This document shows, one piece after another, positions 29,990-41,233 of a stretch of DNA of 64,000 bases. Below the pieces are notes generated by a model that saw only the letters and a program-made list of their open reading frames with translations, had not been told where the DNA came from and made no database searches. The DNA lies in contig CAVXLD010000007.1 of NCBI GenBank assembly GCA_963762565.1, positions 576,001-640,000 of the forward strand. The letters run 5' to 3'. Positions within the stretch are counted from its first letter, which is position 1; each line of letters starts with the position of its first letter. The stretch is from an uncultured Verrucomicrobiae bacterium. GTDB lineage: Bacteria; Verrucomicrobiota; Verrucomicrobiia; Chthoniobacterales; JAFAMB01. The position numbers and the translations under genes are program-made.

Positions 29990-31903
29990 GTGCGCCTGAA
30001 AGTGCGCACCAACAGAAGGGTGAAAGTCCCCATCGGACGGGAACACTGGCCTGTCCGTAGCTGAAGGTAACTGCGTCGTCGAGAGGCGGGGTGGAGAGCA
30101 ACCGGAAGCGAAAGACCAGTCCATAAACAAAACAATGTTGAACTCGATTCGGCCTGATGCATTGGCGAGCCTGCCTCTTAGTGGCGAAGCCAAGAACGGA
30201 AACCGTCCCGTAAAGGGGGCGCGACAATTCCGCGACCTATTGCTGGCGAGAACAGTGAGCAGCGGGATAGGAATGCATGGGGTGGTTGGAGATAGAATGG
30301 TCAGAAGTTGGAGCGATATGAATCAGGGATCACGAACCGGGAAAGGAACAGCGTTCATGGCTGCAGGAGGGCCCGAAGAACTGTGCCCGGGAGGTGACAG
30401 AGCCTCCGTAGTAGCGAAGAAGCGGGGTAATGCCCGTGGAGCCAAGGGAGGCAGGAAGGTGGAAGCGTGAAAGAAAGAACGAAGGAACAAACAACCGTCG
30501 AGCAGTGCCCGAGAGGGCTCAACAAGGTGGAGAGATCCGTGCCCGATGGGCATGGGTGGAACCGGAAGTCTGGACGGAACGCATGTTGGCAACCCTGGAA
30601 ACGGGGATTGAAGGAGGAAAATGGTTTAGGCTGATCGATAAAGTCTGGAGTCCAAAGAATCTGGCAGGATCGCTGCAGAAGGTAGTGGCGAAAGGCGGAA
30701 GCGCCGGAATCGACCAGCAGAGCGCGTGAGTCAAATAGCCAAACACAAAGAGCAGACGATCCAGAAGCTGGAGCAAGAGCTAAGAGCCAATCAATACCAA
30801 CCGCAGGCAGTCAAACGGGTATGGATACCCAAGCCTGGGAGCCAAGAGAAGCGTCCGCTAGGAGTACCGACGGTCAGAGATCGGATCGTGCAAGGAGCAG
30901 TGCTCCAAGTCATTGAACCGATCTTCGAACGCGACTTTGCGCCGCAGAGCTACGGGTTCCGACCTGGGAAAGGATGTAAGGAGGCACTGCGCCGAGTCGA
31001 TGAGCTGCTCAAGGAGCGGCCATCACTGGGTAGTAGATGCGGATCTGAAAAGCTACTTTGACACCATACCGCAGGAGAGGCTGATGGAACGAGTCGGAGA
31101 GAAAATCGCGGACGGAAGAGTATTGAAGCTGATCGAAGGCGATGCTCCAGGCCGGAGTGATGGACAGCGCTGAAAGGATGGCAAGCGACAGAACAAGGGA
31201 GCCCGCAAGGAGCAGTAATCAGTCCGCTGCTTATCAAATATCTACCTGAACGGACTGGACTGGAAGATGGCCCGAAACGGCTTTGAAATGGTGCGATACG
31301 CCGACGACTTCGTCGTGCTGTGTGGGAGCCAGGAACAAGCCCAAGAGGCCTTAGAGCAGATCAGCCAGTGGGTAGAAGAAAACGGACTGACGCTGCACCC
31401 GAGCAAAACACGGCTGGTTGATGCCAGTCAAAGAGGAGGGTTCGACTTCCTGGGCTACCATTTTGAAAGGGGAAAGAAATGGCCGCGCAAGAAGAGCCTG
31501 GATAAACTCAAAGACACGATCCGGAGCAAGACCCGACGCACCAGGGGCAGGAACATGAAAGCGATCTGCGAGGATCTGAACCGGACCCTGAGAGGATGGT
31601 TTGGGTACTTCAAGCACAGTGATGCCGCACGTGCTCGAGAGCCATCGATGGCTACATGCGCGGACGACTGCGCAGCATCCTCAGACACCGGAGCAAACGA
31701 AAAGGCCGAGCTCGCCAAAGCGATCATCAACGATGGCCCAATAGCCTACTTCTCCGCGGTGGGCTTGTATCTCCTTAAAACAAGCGCACACTGCGGCATG
31801 CCGATCTTCTTGAAAGTTAACCACCAACTGGAGAGCCGGATGCGGGAAATCCGCCAGTCCGGTTCGGAGGGAGGGGCAAAGCCATCTTTGTCCCTACCCC
31901 TAT
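29990..31903 (+). mobile_element. Group II intron
   Basis: 5' GTGCG at 29990; domain V gagccggatgcgggaaatccgccagtccggttc at 31833-31865; domain VI ending ccctacccctat; internal RT ORF. Confidence 0.92.
30467..31800 (+). pseudogene. ltrA: Intron-encoded reverse transcriptase/maturase, multiply frameshifted, no endonuclease domain
   Basis: Pieces across frames: KWFRLIDKV, RPLGVPTVRDRIVQ, SYGFRPG, VDADLKSYFD, PQG, VRYADDF, FDFLGY, GWFGYF; ends approximate. Confidence 0.88.
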
Positions 31904-32304
31904 TTTAGCTAGGGTGAGTCTGCGAGCCCTAGGTATGGAGTAAAAAAAAGTGGTCAAGCGCTGAAGGCGCGAAGAAACGCCGTGGCGGCGAAATCCGGAC
32001 GCAACTAGCAGCTCTTTCAGCGCTTCGCGCCTCTCCTGGCTCCTTTTATCTGCGTCAATCTGCGTTCATCTGCGGTTGAACTCTTCCCTCGTTGTTCCTC
32101 ATTGACGCCCCGGTCATTTTCGCCTTTCCGGAAGCGGGATGGAACCCGTAGAAAGCGCACTGGAAGCGTTAGGACTGCAGTTGCCGCTCGCCGCTGCTCT
32201 CCCGCGGGCATATAAGTCCTATACGTCCGATAGGTCCTATCTGATCCACCCCATTACGCTCGCACATCCGTGAACCGCGAACAGAGAACAGCGATTCAAC
32301 CGCC

Positions 32305-33249
32305 ATGTCCGAACATTACCTGACCACTAAATCGACTCACGACCGTTGGAACCGTGACTTGCCGCCGCAACTCGAGGTGGAGCCGGGGGATGTGGTTAAG
32401 TTTGACTGTTTCGATTCTAGCGGTGCGCAACTCGGGCCGAGCTCGACCGTTGATGATTTTCTTAAGCTCGATCGGAGCAAGGTTCATACGTTGACCGGGC
32501 CGGTCGCAATCAAAGGGGCTAAGCCCGGGGACACGTTGGGGGTGGAGGTTGTGAATATCCAACACAAAGGGTGGGGGTGGACCAGCATCGCACCCGGGCT
32601 CGGTTTTCTACCTGACCGTTTTCCGGACCCGTTTCTTTTTATTTGGCAACTGGACGAAGAATCGACCGATTCACTGACGCCGGCCGTCGTTCCATTAAGG
32701 CCGTTTTGTGGCATCATGGGGGTGGCGCCGGCTGGTCCCGGTGAGATGCGAACCCGGCCACCGGGAGCTTTTGGCGGCAACATGGACGTAAAAGATTTGG
32801 TCGCCGGTTCAACCCTGTATCTGCCGGTCTTTAACGAAGGCGCGCTGTTTTCTCTCGGCGATGTCCACGCCGCTCAAGGCGACGGTGAGATCTGTATCAA
32901 TGGCATTGAATGCCCAGCGGTAGTGACTGTACGGTTCACGCTGCTCAAGAATGCGCGTCTAAGTGCGCCCATGCTGGAAACAACGCGACGCAGTCGGACC
33001 ACCGGTGGTGAATGGACCATGATTGAATCCGATCAGGATCCACTGGCCGCAGCCCGCCGTGCACTGAATCGGATGATCGATTTCCTGGTCAACAACTGGA
33101 AACTTAGTCCGGAACACGCCTATCTGCTTTGCAGCGTGGCGATGGACCTACGCATTCACCAGGTGGTGAACACACCCCTGATCACGGTGGGCGCATCTTT
33201 GCCTAAGTCGCTGTTGCCACTGCTGAAAAGCCCGGTGATTGGTGATTAG
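32305..33249 (+). CDS. Acetamidase/formamidase family protein, copy 2
   Basis: Near-identical to 28921-29865 (two D->E differences). Confidence 0.93.
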   Translation: MSEHYLTTKSTHDRWNRDLPPQLEVEPGDVVKFDCFDSSGAQLGPSSTVDDFLKLDRSKVHTLTGPVAIKGAKPGDTLGVEVVNIQHKGWGWTSIAPGLGFLPDRFPDPFLFIWQLDEESTDSLTPAVVPLRPFCGIMGVAPAGPGEMRTRPPGAFGGNMDVKDLVAGSTLYLPVFNEGALFSLGDVHAAQGDGEICINGIECPAVVTVRFTLLKNARLSAPMLETTRRSRTTGGEWTMIESDQDPLAAARRALNRMIDFLVNNWKLSPEHAYLLCSVAMDLRIHQVVNTPLITVGASLPKSLLPLLKSPVIGD

Positions 33250-33348
33250 TGAGTAGTGATTGGTAAGCTGTCGCCCCACCAATAGGGCCGCGGCCCAACC
33301 AATCACCTCTCACTAATCACCAATCACTTCTCATGCGCGCGTAGCGCC

Positions 33349-34320
33349 CTACCACCCCAGAATCCAAGCAAACATGAGCGGCGCTACGATCGTCGCATCC
33401 GACTCGATAATGTACTTGGGGGTATCGAGCGATAGCTTGCCCCAGGTGATCTTCTCATTCGGAACCGCGCCTGAATAGGAACCGTAACTCGTCGTCGAAT
33501 CGCTGATCTGACAGAAATAACCCCATCGAGGGATGTTATCGCGTTGTAAATCCTGGTGCAGCATCGGTACGACACAGATTGGGAAATCACCAGCGATCCC
33601 GCCGCCGATTTGAAAGAAACCGATCGAGGATGTCGACGAGGTTTGGGTGTACCATTCCGCGAGTTCGATCATGTACTCGATCCCAGTCCGCACCGTGTGA
33701 ACCTTTTTAACGTCGCCGGAAATGCAGTGTCCAGCGTACATGTTACCAAGAGTCGAATCTTCCCAGCCCGGCACAAACATCGGGAGATTTTTCTGCATCG
33801 CGGCGTATAACCAGCTGTCTTTTGGGTCGACCTGATAATATTTCTGGAGCCGGTTATCTCGTAAGATGGTGTAAAAGAACTGATGCGGGAACATCGCCCG
33901 CCCTTCCTGGTCGGCTGCCATCCATTCTTCCAGGACCGCCTTTTCGATCCGGCGCATGGCTTCTCCTTCCGGGATGCAGGTATCAGTAACCCGATTCAAA
34001 TGTTGATCGAGCAGCGCTTGTTCTTCCTGGGGACTCAATTCCCGCCAGTTCGGAATCCGGCGGTAATGATGATGCGCAACCAGATTAAAGACGTCTTCTT
34101 CAAGGTTGGCGCCGGTACAACAGATCCCGTGAACTTTGTCTTGCCGGATCATTTCGGCTAACGATAGCCCGAGCTCAGCCGTGCTCATTGCGCCCGCTAT
34201 CGTTACTAACATTTTTCCGCCCTTTTCCAGATGGGCCTTATACCCTTGCGCGGCGTCCTTGAGCATCGCCGCATTGAAATGGCGATAATGATGAGAAATG
34301 AAGTCTGAGATCGTGCTCAT
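33349..34320 (-). CDS. Deoxyhypusine synthase-like protein (probable homospermidine synthase)
   Basis: AGAMSTAELG, TGANLEED, IGGGIAGDF, GSYSGAVPNEKITWGK, ESDATIVAP; start ATG 34320. Confidence 0.9.
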   Translation of the reverse strand: MSTISDFISHHYRHFNAAMLKDAAQGYKAHLEKGGKMLVTIAGAMSTAELGLSLAEMIRQDKVHGICCTGANLEEDVFNLVAHHHYRRIPNWRELSPQEEQALLDQHLNRVTDTCIPEGEAMRRIEKAVLEEWMAADQEGRAMFPHQFFYTILRDNRLQKYYQVDPKDSWLYAAMQKNLPMFVPGWEDSTLGNMYAGHCISGDVKKVHTVRTGIEYMIELAEWYTQTSSTSSIGFFQIGGGIAGDFPICVVPMLHQDLQRDNIPRWGYFCQISDSTTSYGSYSGAVPNEKITWGKLSLDTPKYIIESDATIVAPLMFAWILGW

Positions 34321-34390
34321 TTTGCTTGAGCCTTTCGAATGTACAGATTCTACCGAAAGATCAACGTGAATAGGCCACAGCGATACGGAT

Positions 34391-34628
34391 TTTTTACAGA
34401 AGATAACGAAGGTAACCGCGAATGGACGCGAATTGACACGAATGACAGGCGAAAAAGGCGAACCGCAAATGAACACGGATATACGCGGATAGAGGGCTGC
34501 ACGGTGAAGGAGGCTGCTCTTGGAAATATATCCGCGTACATCTGCGTTAATCTGCGGTTGGTTTTTTCTTTTTGGCTTCGTGTCGATTCGCGTCCATTCG
34601 CGGTTACCTTCGTTTGCTTCTGTAAAAA
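34391..34628. repeat. Three-level nested inverted repeat
   Basis: ttttacagaagataacgaagg/ccttcgtttgcttctgtaaaa outside accgcgaatggacgcgaat/attcgcgtccattcgcggt outside aaccgcaaatg/atctgcggtt. Confidence 0.8.
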
Positions 34629-34682
34629 TTCTTCGTTGGCTCCTGTCGAGTAAGTGAATATTGGCCGGCGGCTATTTTATCT

Positions 34683-35079
34683 ATGCCCACCCTACTTCGA
34701 ATAACTTCTGTCTGTCTGGTGCTGGTCGCCTTTGCATCCGGGTTTGCGCATTCGGGCAGCCGTGGAGCGTCCGGCCTTCGTTTGTTTGACCAGGCCCGGT
34801 CTGCCTGACGGCAAAAAGCTTTTTGAGACCCGCTGTTTTGTGTGTCACGGGCGAGACGGGAAAGGAGATGGCCCTTCGGCGACGGGGCTTGCTGAGAAAC
34901 CACAAGATCTGACCGATCCAAATTGGCAAAAATCGAATTCCGATGACCTGATCCGAATTGTGATTAGAGACGGTGGAGTCGCCATCGGCAAAACCGGAGC
35001 TATGCCGCCGAACCCCGACCTCACCCAAGAACAAATCCAAGGCCTAGTCGCGTTTGTGCGGAGTCTGGCCGCGCACTGA
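34683..35079 (+). pseudogene. c-type cytochrome, frameshifted between signal peptide and heme domain
   Basis: MPTLLRITSVCLVLVAFASG from ATG 34683 stops near 34806; CFVCH and AMPP lie in the next frame. Confidence 0.8.
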
Positions 35080-35411
35080 AGAAGGAAAATCCCACGCAAG
35101 GACCCAGCCCGCAACGCTTCGCGTAGCGATGCGGGCGAGGCGCCAAGGCGCAAAGCGAAGACATAGATTGAATGGCCGCAAAAGAACGCAGAAGTGAAGT
35201 TGTTCGCAGCGATTCTTTGCGATCCTTGTGCTCTTTTGCGGCCATTTCGACTTGTTGACGGGTTTTGGGCCACGGTGCCGACCGCTTTCGGCCTTGCAAG
35301 CAAGGCGCGCTCCACGGTGCCGACCGCTCGTCTTAACCTTTGCGCCTTTGCTTCTTTGCGTGAGATTTTGGTTTTCCTCTCCCGAGGCCATATTGTGCTA
35401 CGTTTTCAGCC

Positions 35412-35939
35412 TTGATGTTAAATCGCGCTAATCTCGATCGGTATCGATGGCTTCCAGTGTTGCCACGCAAGCGTCGGCTATCGGCTATTGGCTATTGGCT
35501 ATTCTGCTTCGGGCTTGTTCTCCTTTGCGCGCACCGTGTCCTTGCAGATGATCAGCCCACTGTCAGGATCGAGCATCCCTGGATGCGGCAGGTTCCCGAT
35601 GTGATGGATTCGACAGCGGTTTATATGACGCTGGTGAACAGCGGCTCCATCCCGGCTGAACTGGTCGGCGGCAGCACCAGCATCGCGGACTCGGTTGCGC
35701 CCATGATCACCACTAAGCAAGGACAAGGGCTGAAAGAGGTGCTCGGAATGCAGAGCGTTGATTCGCTGAAAATCCCGGCGCATGGAACATTGGTTCTCGA
35801 GCCGGACGGCAATCATCTCATGGTCATGGGGCTCAAAGAACATCCCAAAGAAGGGACTCAAGTGGATTTCACAATCAAATTGGAACCGGGCGATCATGAG
35901 ATACATTTGAAAATTCCAGTTTCACAGGAGGCCTGTAAA
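35412..35939 (+). CDS. Copper chaperone PCu(A)C (reads in frame into the SCO gene)
   Basis: HPWMR, TAVYMTL, LEPDGNHLMVMGL. Confidence 0.85.
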
Positions 35940-36627
35940 ATGAGTGTTGTATCGCCCAAGACTAATACCGTTCCGACCCCGCAACCGAGACGACCTTTCT
36001 TTGATTGGCGGGTCTGGACCGTGGCCGGCGTCCTGTTGGTCGCGGTGGGGTTATCGATTTTCCTTGGGCTAAAACAACATGCTCAACAGGGATTCTTCGG
36101 TATGCGATTGTTCCCGTTAAAGACCGCTTACGATTTTAAGCTGACTGGCGCAAATGGCGGTCAGGTAAGCTTGGATCAGTTTCAGGGTAAAGCAGTGCTT
36201 TTTCTCTTCGGATTCACGCATTGCGCGAACGTTTGCCCGACCTCATTGACGAACCTGGCGGACGTCTACCAAGCCCTGACGCCCGGAGGAACGGAAACAG
36301 GTGCAAGTAATTTTTATCAGCGTTGACCCCGATCGGGATAGCCCACAGACGCTGTCGCGATACGTCACGTCATTCGATCCATCGTTTATCGGTTTAACGG
36401 CGCCCAAACCTACCATGGATCAAACCGTGCTTGCCTATGGAGCCAGCTACGAGATGGTGGCTGGCCCGACCAATGAGCCGAATGATTATTCGGTGAACCA
36501 CTCGGCTTATGCCTACCTGGTGAATCCTTCCGGTAAATGGGAGCTCTTGTACGGAAATGAGAAGCTCGCCGATGTTCAGCGGATGGTAGCCGATATCCGG
36601 GCCGTTCTCCGGGAACCAAGATCGTAA
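35940..36627 (+). pseudogene. SCO family copper protein, one frameshift
   Basis: FGFTHCANVCP, then +1 shift near 36283 (ccc run), then FISVDPDRD, VNHSA; AGGAGG 8 nt before ATG 35940. Confidence 0.85.
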
Positions 36628-36843
36628 TCGGTCCCGTGCTCGTGCTCGAATGATTTGGCATCGGGAGACCTGGGCAACGGGGCACGACGTCAGCCGAATC
36701 AGTAATCATACGCGGGGTAGACCGCGAAGCGTTGAGGTCGAGCACGAGCACGATATGACGTCACGCGACCAATCACCAATCACTAATCACCAATCACCTT
36801 TCACTCCCTCCCACTCCCTCCCACTTTCCTTTTCCCGCCCTTT

Positions 36844-39800
36844 GTGCCCTATTCAAAGATGTTCGAGGACCATCGTCGTTTGTTTAGGAGAGTGACCCGC
36901 CTTGCGCTGAGCGCTCTTATGAGTGGAGTGCTGGTGGCGCCGGCCCTGGCCCAAACCCCCCGCCAGGTTTTCATGCGGTATCCCACGATCCATGGCGATT
37001 CCGTCGTGTTCGAATCCTGCGGCAACCTCTGGCTGGTCGATCGGAAAGGCGGGACAGCTCAACGGCTCACCACCGATCCTGGGTTTGACATTCTGCCGCG
37101 ATTTTCGCCTGACGGGAAGTATATCGCGTTCACCGGGCAATATCAGCAGAACAGCGATGTCTATTTGATCCCAGCGACCGGCGGCGCCGCCAAACGCTTA
37201 ACTTTTCATTCCGATGTCGTCGATGACGCTCCGCTCCGGTATGGACCGGATAACATGGTTGTCACCTGGACACCAGACTCGAAGAACATCGTCCTCTTGT
37301 CTCGCCGGGCCGCTTTCAATGCCTGGTTTGGAAAATATTTCGCCGTCCCCATCTCCGGCGGCCTGCCAAGCGAACTGCCTCTGGATCGCGGCGGAATGCT
37401 GAGTTACAGCCCGGACGGCCAGAAGATCGTTTACAACCGCATCTTCAGAAATTTCCGCACCTGGAAACGCTATGACGGCGGATTATCGCAAGAGCTTTAC
37501 CTCTACGATTTTCCGAGCAAACAAATTTCGGAGATCGCTCCCTTCAAAGGAACCAATACCGACCCCATGTGGTACGGGAACACCGTCTATTTTCTTTCGG
37601 ATCGGGACGCGAACCGTCGCGCAAACATCTGGGCGTATGATCTTAATACGAAAGCTGTTCGCGAAATCACCAAATTCACCGACTACGATGTGGATTGGCC
37701 GAGCATCGGCGATACCGGCATCGTTTTTCAACAGGGCGGCAGCCTCTATGTCCTCGATCTGCCGAGCGAGCAACTGCATAAGCTCGAGGTAACGGTCCCT
37801 GACGATGGAACCCGTTCTGCTCCTCGATTTGTCGACGCCTCCAAACAGATTCGAGCTTACGATATCGCGCCTAATGGAAAGCGGGCCGTGTTCGAAGCCC
37901 GCGGCGATATCTTCACCGTGCCCGAAAAAGATGGCGATACCCGGGATATTACCGAGACCAGCAACGCGAACGAGCGGTACCCGAGTTGGTCCCCTGACGG
38001 AAAATTCGTTGCCTATGTCACCGACAGGGAAGGTGAAGCCCAGATCGCGATTCGGCCGGCTGAAGGCGGTAAGGAAACGCTGCTCACTAAATTTGAGAAA
38101 GGCTATTTGTACTATCCGGTTTGGGCCCCGGCCTCGGATAAGCTCGCTTTCTCTGATAGTGACCACCAACTCTGGTATGTCAATCTATCGGGTGGCGCCC
38201 CGGTGAAAGTGGCGCACGATGAACGAGACGAGATCAAGGATTATGCTTGGTCTCCGGATGGAGATTGGCTGGCTTACAGTCTGGCTGCGGATAACAGCCT
38301 CCATCAAATCTGGCTTTACCAGCTGAAAGACTCGAAAGCGACCTTGGTAAGTTCAGGTACCGACGATGATCGTGAACCCGTCTTCGATCGCAGCGGAAAA
38401 TATCTGTTCTTCCTATCGAAACGGCACCCTAATCCGATCCTGTCAGAAACCGAATTTAACATCGCTACGTTAAAGATGCGGGGGATCTATGTCGTTACCC
38501 TGACCAAAGAAGAGCCCTCATTATTTGCCCCTCGTTCGGATGAAGGGATCAATCAGAGCGAGGCGAACCGCCCGTCGCTTACCGCTACACCGACGCCGAG
38601 CCCGACAGTTGGTGCGATCCCAGCGATCAAGATCGATCTCGATGGGTTCATGGAGCGGGCGGTCCCAGTGCCAGTACCGAACGCAGATTACGGCGGGTTA
38701 AATGCGTCACGCGATTCGCTTTTCTTTTTCACCCTCGACGGTCCGGGCGCAGCGGTGGGCGAAGAGGCGGAGGACCAGAAGGCCACGCTCCGGGCATATG
38801 ATTTCAAACCGCGGAAAGAAAGAACCGTCGCTACCGATATTTCGCTTGGCGGCGGTTCGTATGCGCTCTCCGACGATGGATCAAAAGTGATCTATCATAA
38901 GGCTGAGAGTTATTTCATCGCGGATTCGAAAGTCGATGGCAGCAAGCCGGCCCCAGCAGGGGAAGAAGGTCCCGCGAAACTGGATCTGAAACAGATGCGA
39001 GTTCAGATCGATCCGCGCCAGGAATGGGACGAAATGTTCGGTCAAGCCTGGCGGCTGGAACGCGACTTTTTCTACAGCACGAAGATGAATGGGGTGGACT
39101 GGGACGCGATCGGCGCTTCTTACCGAAAGTTGCTGCCTCTCTGCGGTTGCCGCGAAGACCTCAATTATCTGATCGGCGAAATCCTGGGTGAGCTCTGTAA
39201 TTCCCACACCTACGTCGGTGGCGGTGACGTGGGAACGGAGGAGAGCAGCGCAAAAGTCAAAGTGGGCTGCTGGGTGTCGATTTTGCGCTGGACCAAGCGA
39301 GCGGCTTGTATCGGTTTGCCAAGATTTATCCCGGCGACAATACCCGTGATGATTATCGATCTCCTTTGACCGAACCCGGTATCGATGTTCGCGAAGGAAC
39401 TTATCTGTTAGCGGTCGATGGCCATGAGCTCAAAGCGCCTACCGATCCTTACACATTGTTTCTCAATAAAACGACGGGCACCATCCGGCTAACCGTTGCG
39501 GATTCTCCCGAAGGAACTCGCCGGGATGTGGTCGTCAAGCCGATCGCTAACGAACTGAAGTTACGCTTGAAAGCCTGGATCGATCATAACCGCGATGTGG
39601 TCGATAAAGCGTCCGGCGGCAAGATCGGTTACATCTACATGTCGGATATGGAACGGCTCGGTATGGATCAGTTTATCCAACAGTTCTATCCCCAAATCCG
39701 AAAAGAAGGTCTCATCATTGACGACCGCTGGAACGGCGGCGGCAATATCGATGAGATTGTGCTGGAACGGTTACGCCGGATTTTGATCGGGATGACGACG

Positions 39801-40235
39801 AACCGTGAACGAGACGAGGAAACTTGGCCGTCCCAAGTTCAGAACGGTTACAAAGTAACGCTCATCAATCAATATTCGGCCTCGGACGGAGACATTTTTC
39901 CTTATTACTTCAGGAAATATGGTCTCGGTCCATTGATCGGGAAACGTACCTGGGGAGGAGTACGCGGGATTCGAGGCTATTGGCCTCTACTCGATGGTGG
40001 TTACATTACCATCCCTGAATTCGCTCTTTACGGGCTGGATTCCCACTGGGTCATCGAGAACTACGGAGTACCTCCTGATACGGACATCGAAGATCTACCA
40101 GGCGACTTGTTAGCCGGCCATGATGCCCAGTTAGAAGCCGGGATCAATTACGTGATGAAACAAATTCAGGAGCACCCGAAACCGCTGCCGTCGCCGCCTC
40201 CGTTGATACCGGCGTATCCGCCGCCGGGGGAGTGA
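36844..40235 (+). pseudogene. Tricorn-like S41 protease, one frameshift near 39267
   Basis: Propeller repeats, FRTWKRYDGG, GELCNSHTY, IIDDRWNGGG, SASDGD, GKRTWGG; adding one base restores GLLGVDF. Confidence 0.9.
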
Positions 40236-40494
40236 GGAGTGAGAAGTGAGAAGTGATTGGTGATTGGTGATTGGCGGCGCACTGCGCCGCCAGGTGAATA
40301 ACAAAGATACTCACGCAAAGACGCCAACAAAAGAGAAGAGCAGAGGCAGGATTCGGCCGCAAAACTTGTCGCGCCGTGGCCTTGCGAAGGCGCGACAAGT
40401 TATTGCGGCTTTTTGTGCTTGTCTTCTTAACCTCTTCTCTTTGCGTGGGATTTCGGTCTGTGTGCGTGATTTCTCTTCGCGCGCCTTCGTTCAC

Positions 40495-40701
40495 TCACGC
40501 TTTCTCAACCGAAACGTTGGTCGCTTTTACTAGCGCGTGAACTGAATCGCCGATTTTCAATCCTAACTCATTAGCCGACCTCGTTGTGATAACTGCGGCA
40601 ACAGGTCCAATGGCGGTGTCTAACACTATTTCAGTCATTACTGGATCTGAGGTAATTTCCCGAATCGTGCCGGGAATCCGATTTCGGATGCTTTGACTCA
40701 T
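40495..40701 (-). CDS. TOBE/Mop molybdate-binding domain protein
   Basis: MSQSIRNRIPGTI...AAVITTRSANELGL...ALVKATNV, 68 aa. Confidence 0.9.
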   Translation of the reverse strand: MSQSIRNRIPGTIREITSDPVMTEIVLDTAIGPVAAVITTRSANELGLKIGDSVHALVKATNVSVEKA

Positions 40702-40750
40702 CCGAGGACCGTCTGCGTGGTCAGGTCCAGGCGCAATGGGAAAAAATCTG

Positions 40751-40906
40751 GTGGAGCGCTGCCTCGCCCGCGAGGCCGAAGGGGTCGCCACCGTGGAGCG
40801 CTGCCTCGCTTGCGAGGCCGAAGGGGTCGCCACCCGTGGAGCGCTGCCTCGCTTGCGAGGCCGAAGGGGTCGCCACCCGTGGAGCGTTGCCTCGCTTGCG
40901 AGGCCG
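40751..40906 (+). repeat. Tandem array of a 42-43 bp palindrome-containing unit (about 3.6 copies)
   Basis: gtggagcgctgcctcgcttgcgaggccgaaggggtcgccacc(c); inverted partner at 41196-41222. Confidence 0.9.
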
Positions 40907-41233
40907 TGGTGAACAGGGGGATGGAACGAAAAACCTCGCTCCGATTTCTGCACTCTGCAGCGCATCGAACACGAGGGCACCCCCGGTTTCACCTCGTAAG
41001 CTGCCTAAGACAGATTCTGAAAGCAGGTTCCGCAAAAACTCACTGCGATAACAGAGAATAAGTTTGTACCGCTAAGCGATCTTTGTTGGCATGATCGTTA
41101 GTCGTAAAGCCACGGGTAGCAGTCTCTTTTGCGATCCACGCGATAGAGTGCAGACACGACGCGGGGCGTGTCTTATCGCATGCCCTGCTCACCATCGGCC
41201 TCGCAAGCGAGGCAGCGCTCCAGGGATACGCCC

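Noticed and set aside
28709..33268. Diversity-generating retroelement (RT between near-identical repeats)
   Set aside because: RT lies within group II intron termini with domains V and VI; repeat differences are not adenine-specific and span a whole enzyme gene
40751..40906. Possible CRISPR array
   Set aside because: Linkers between palindromes are identical and short, and no cas genes are present; it is a tandem repeat
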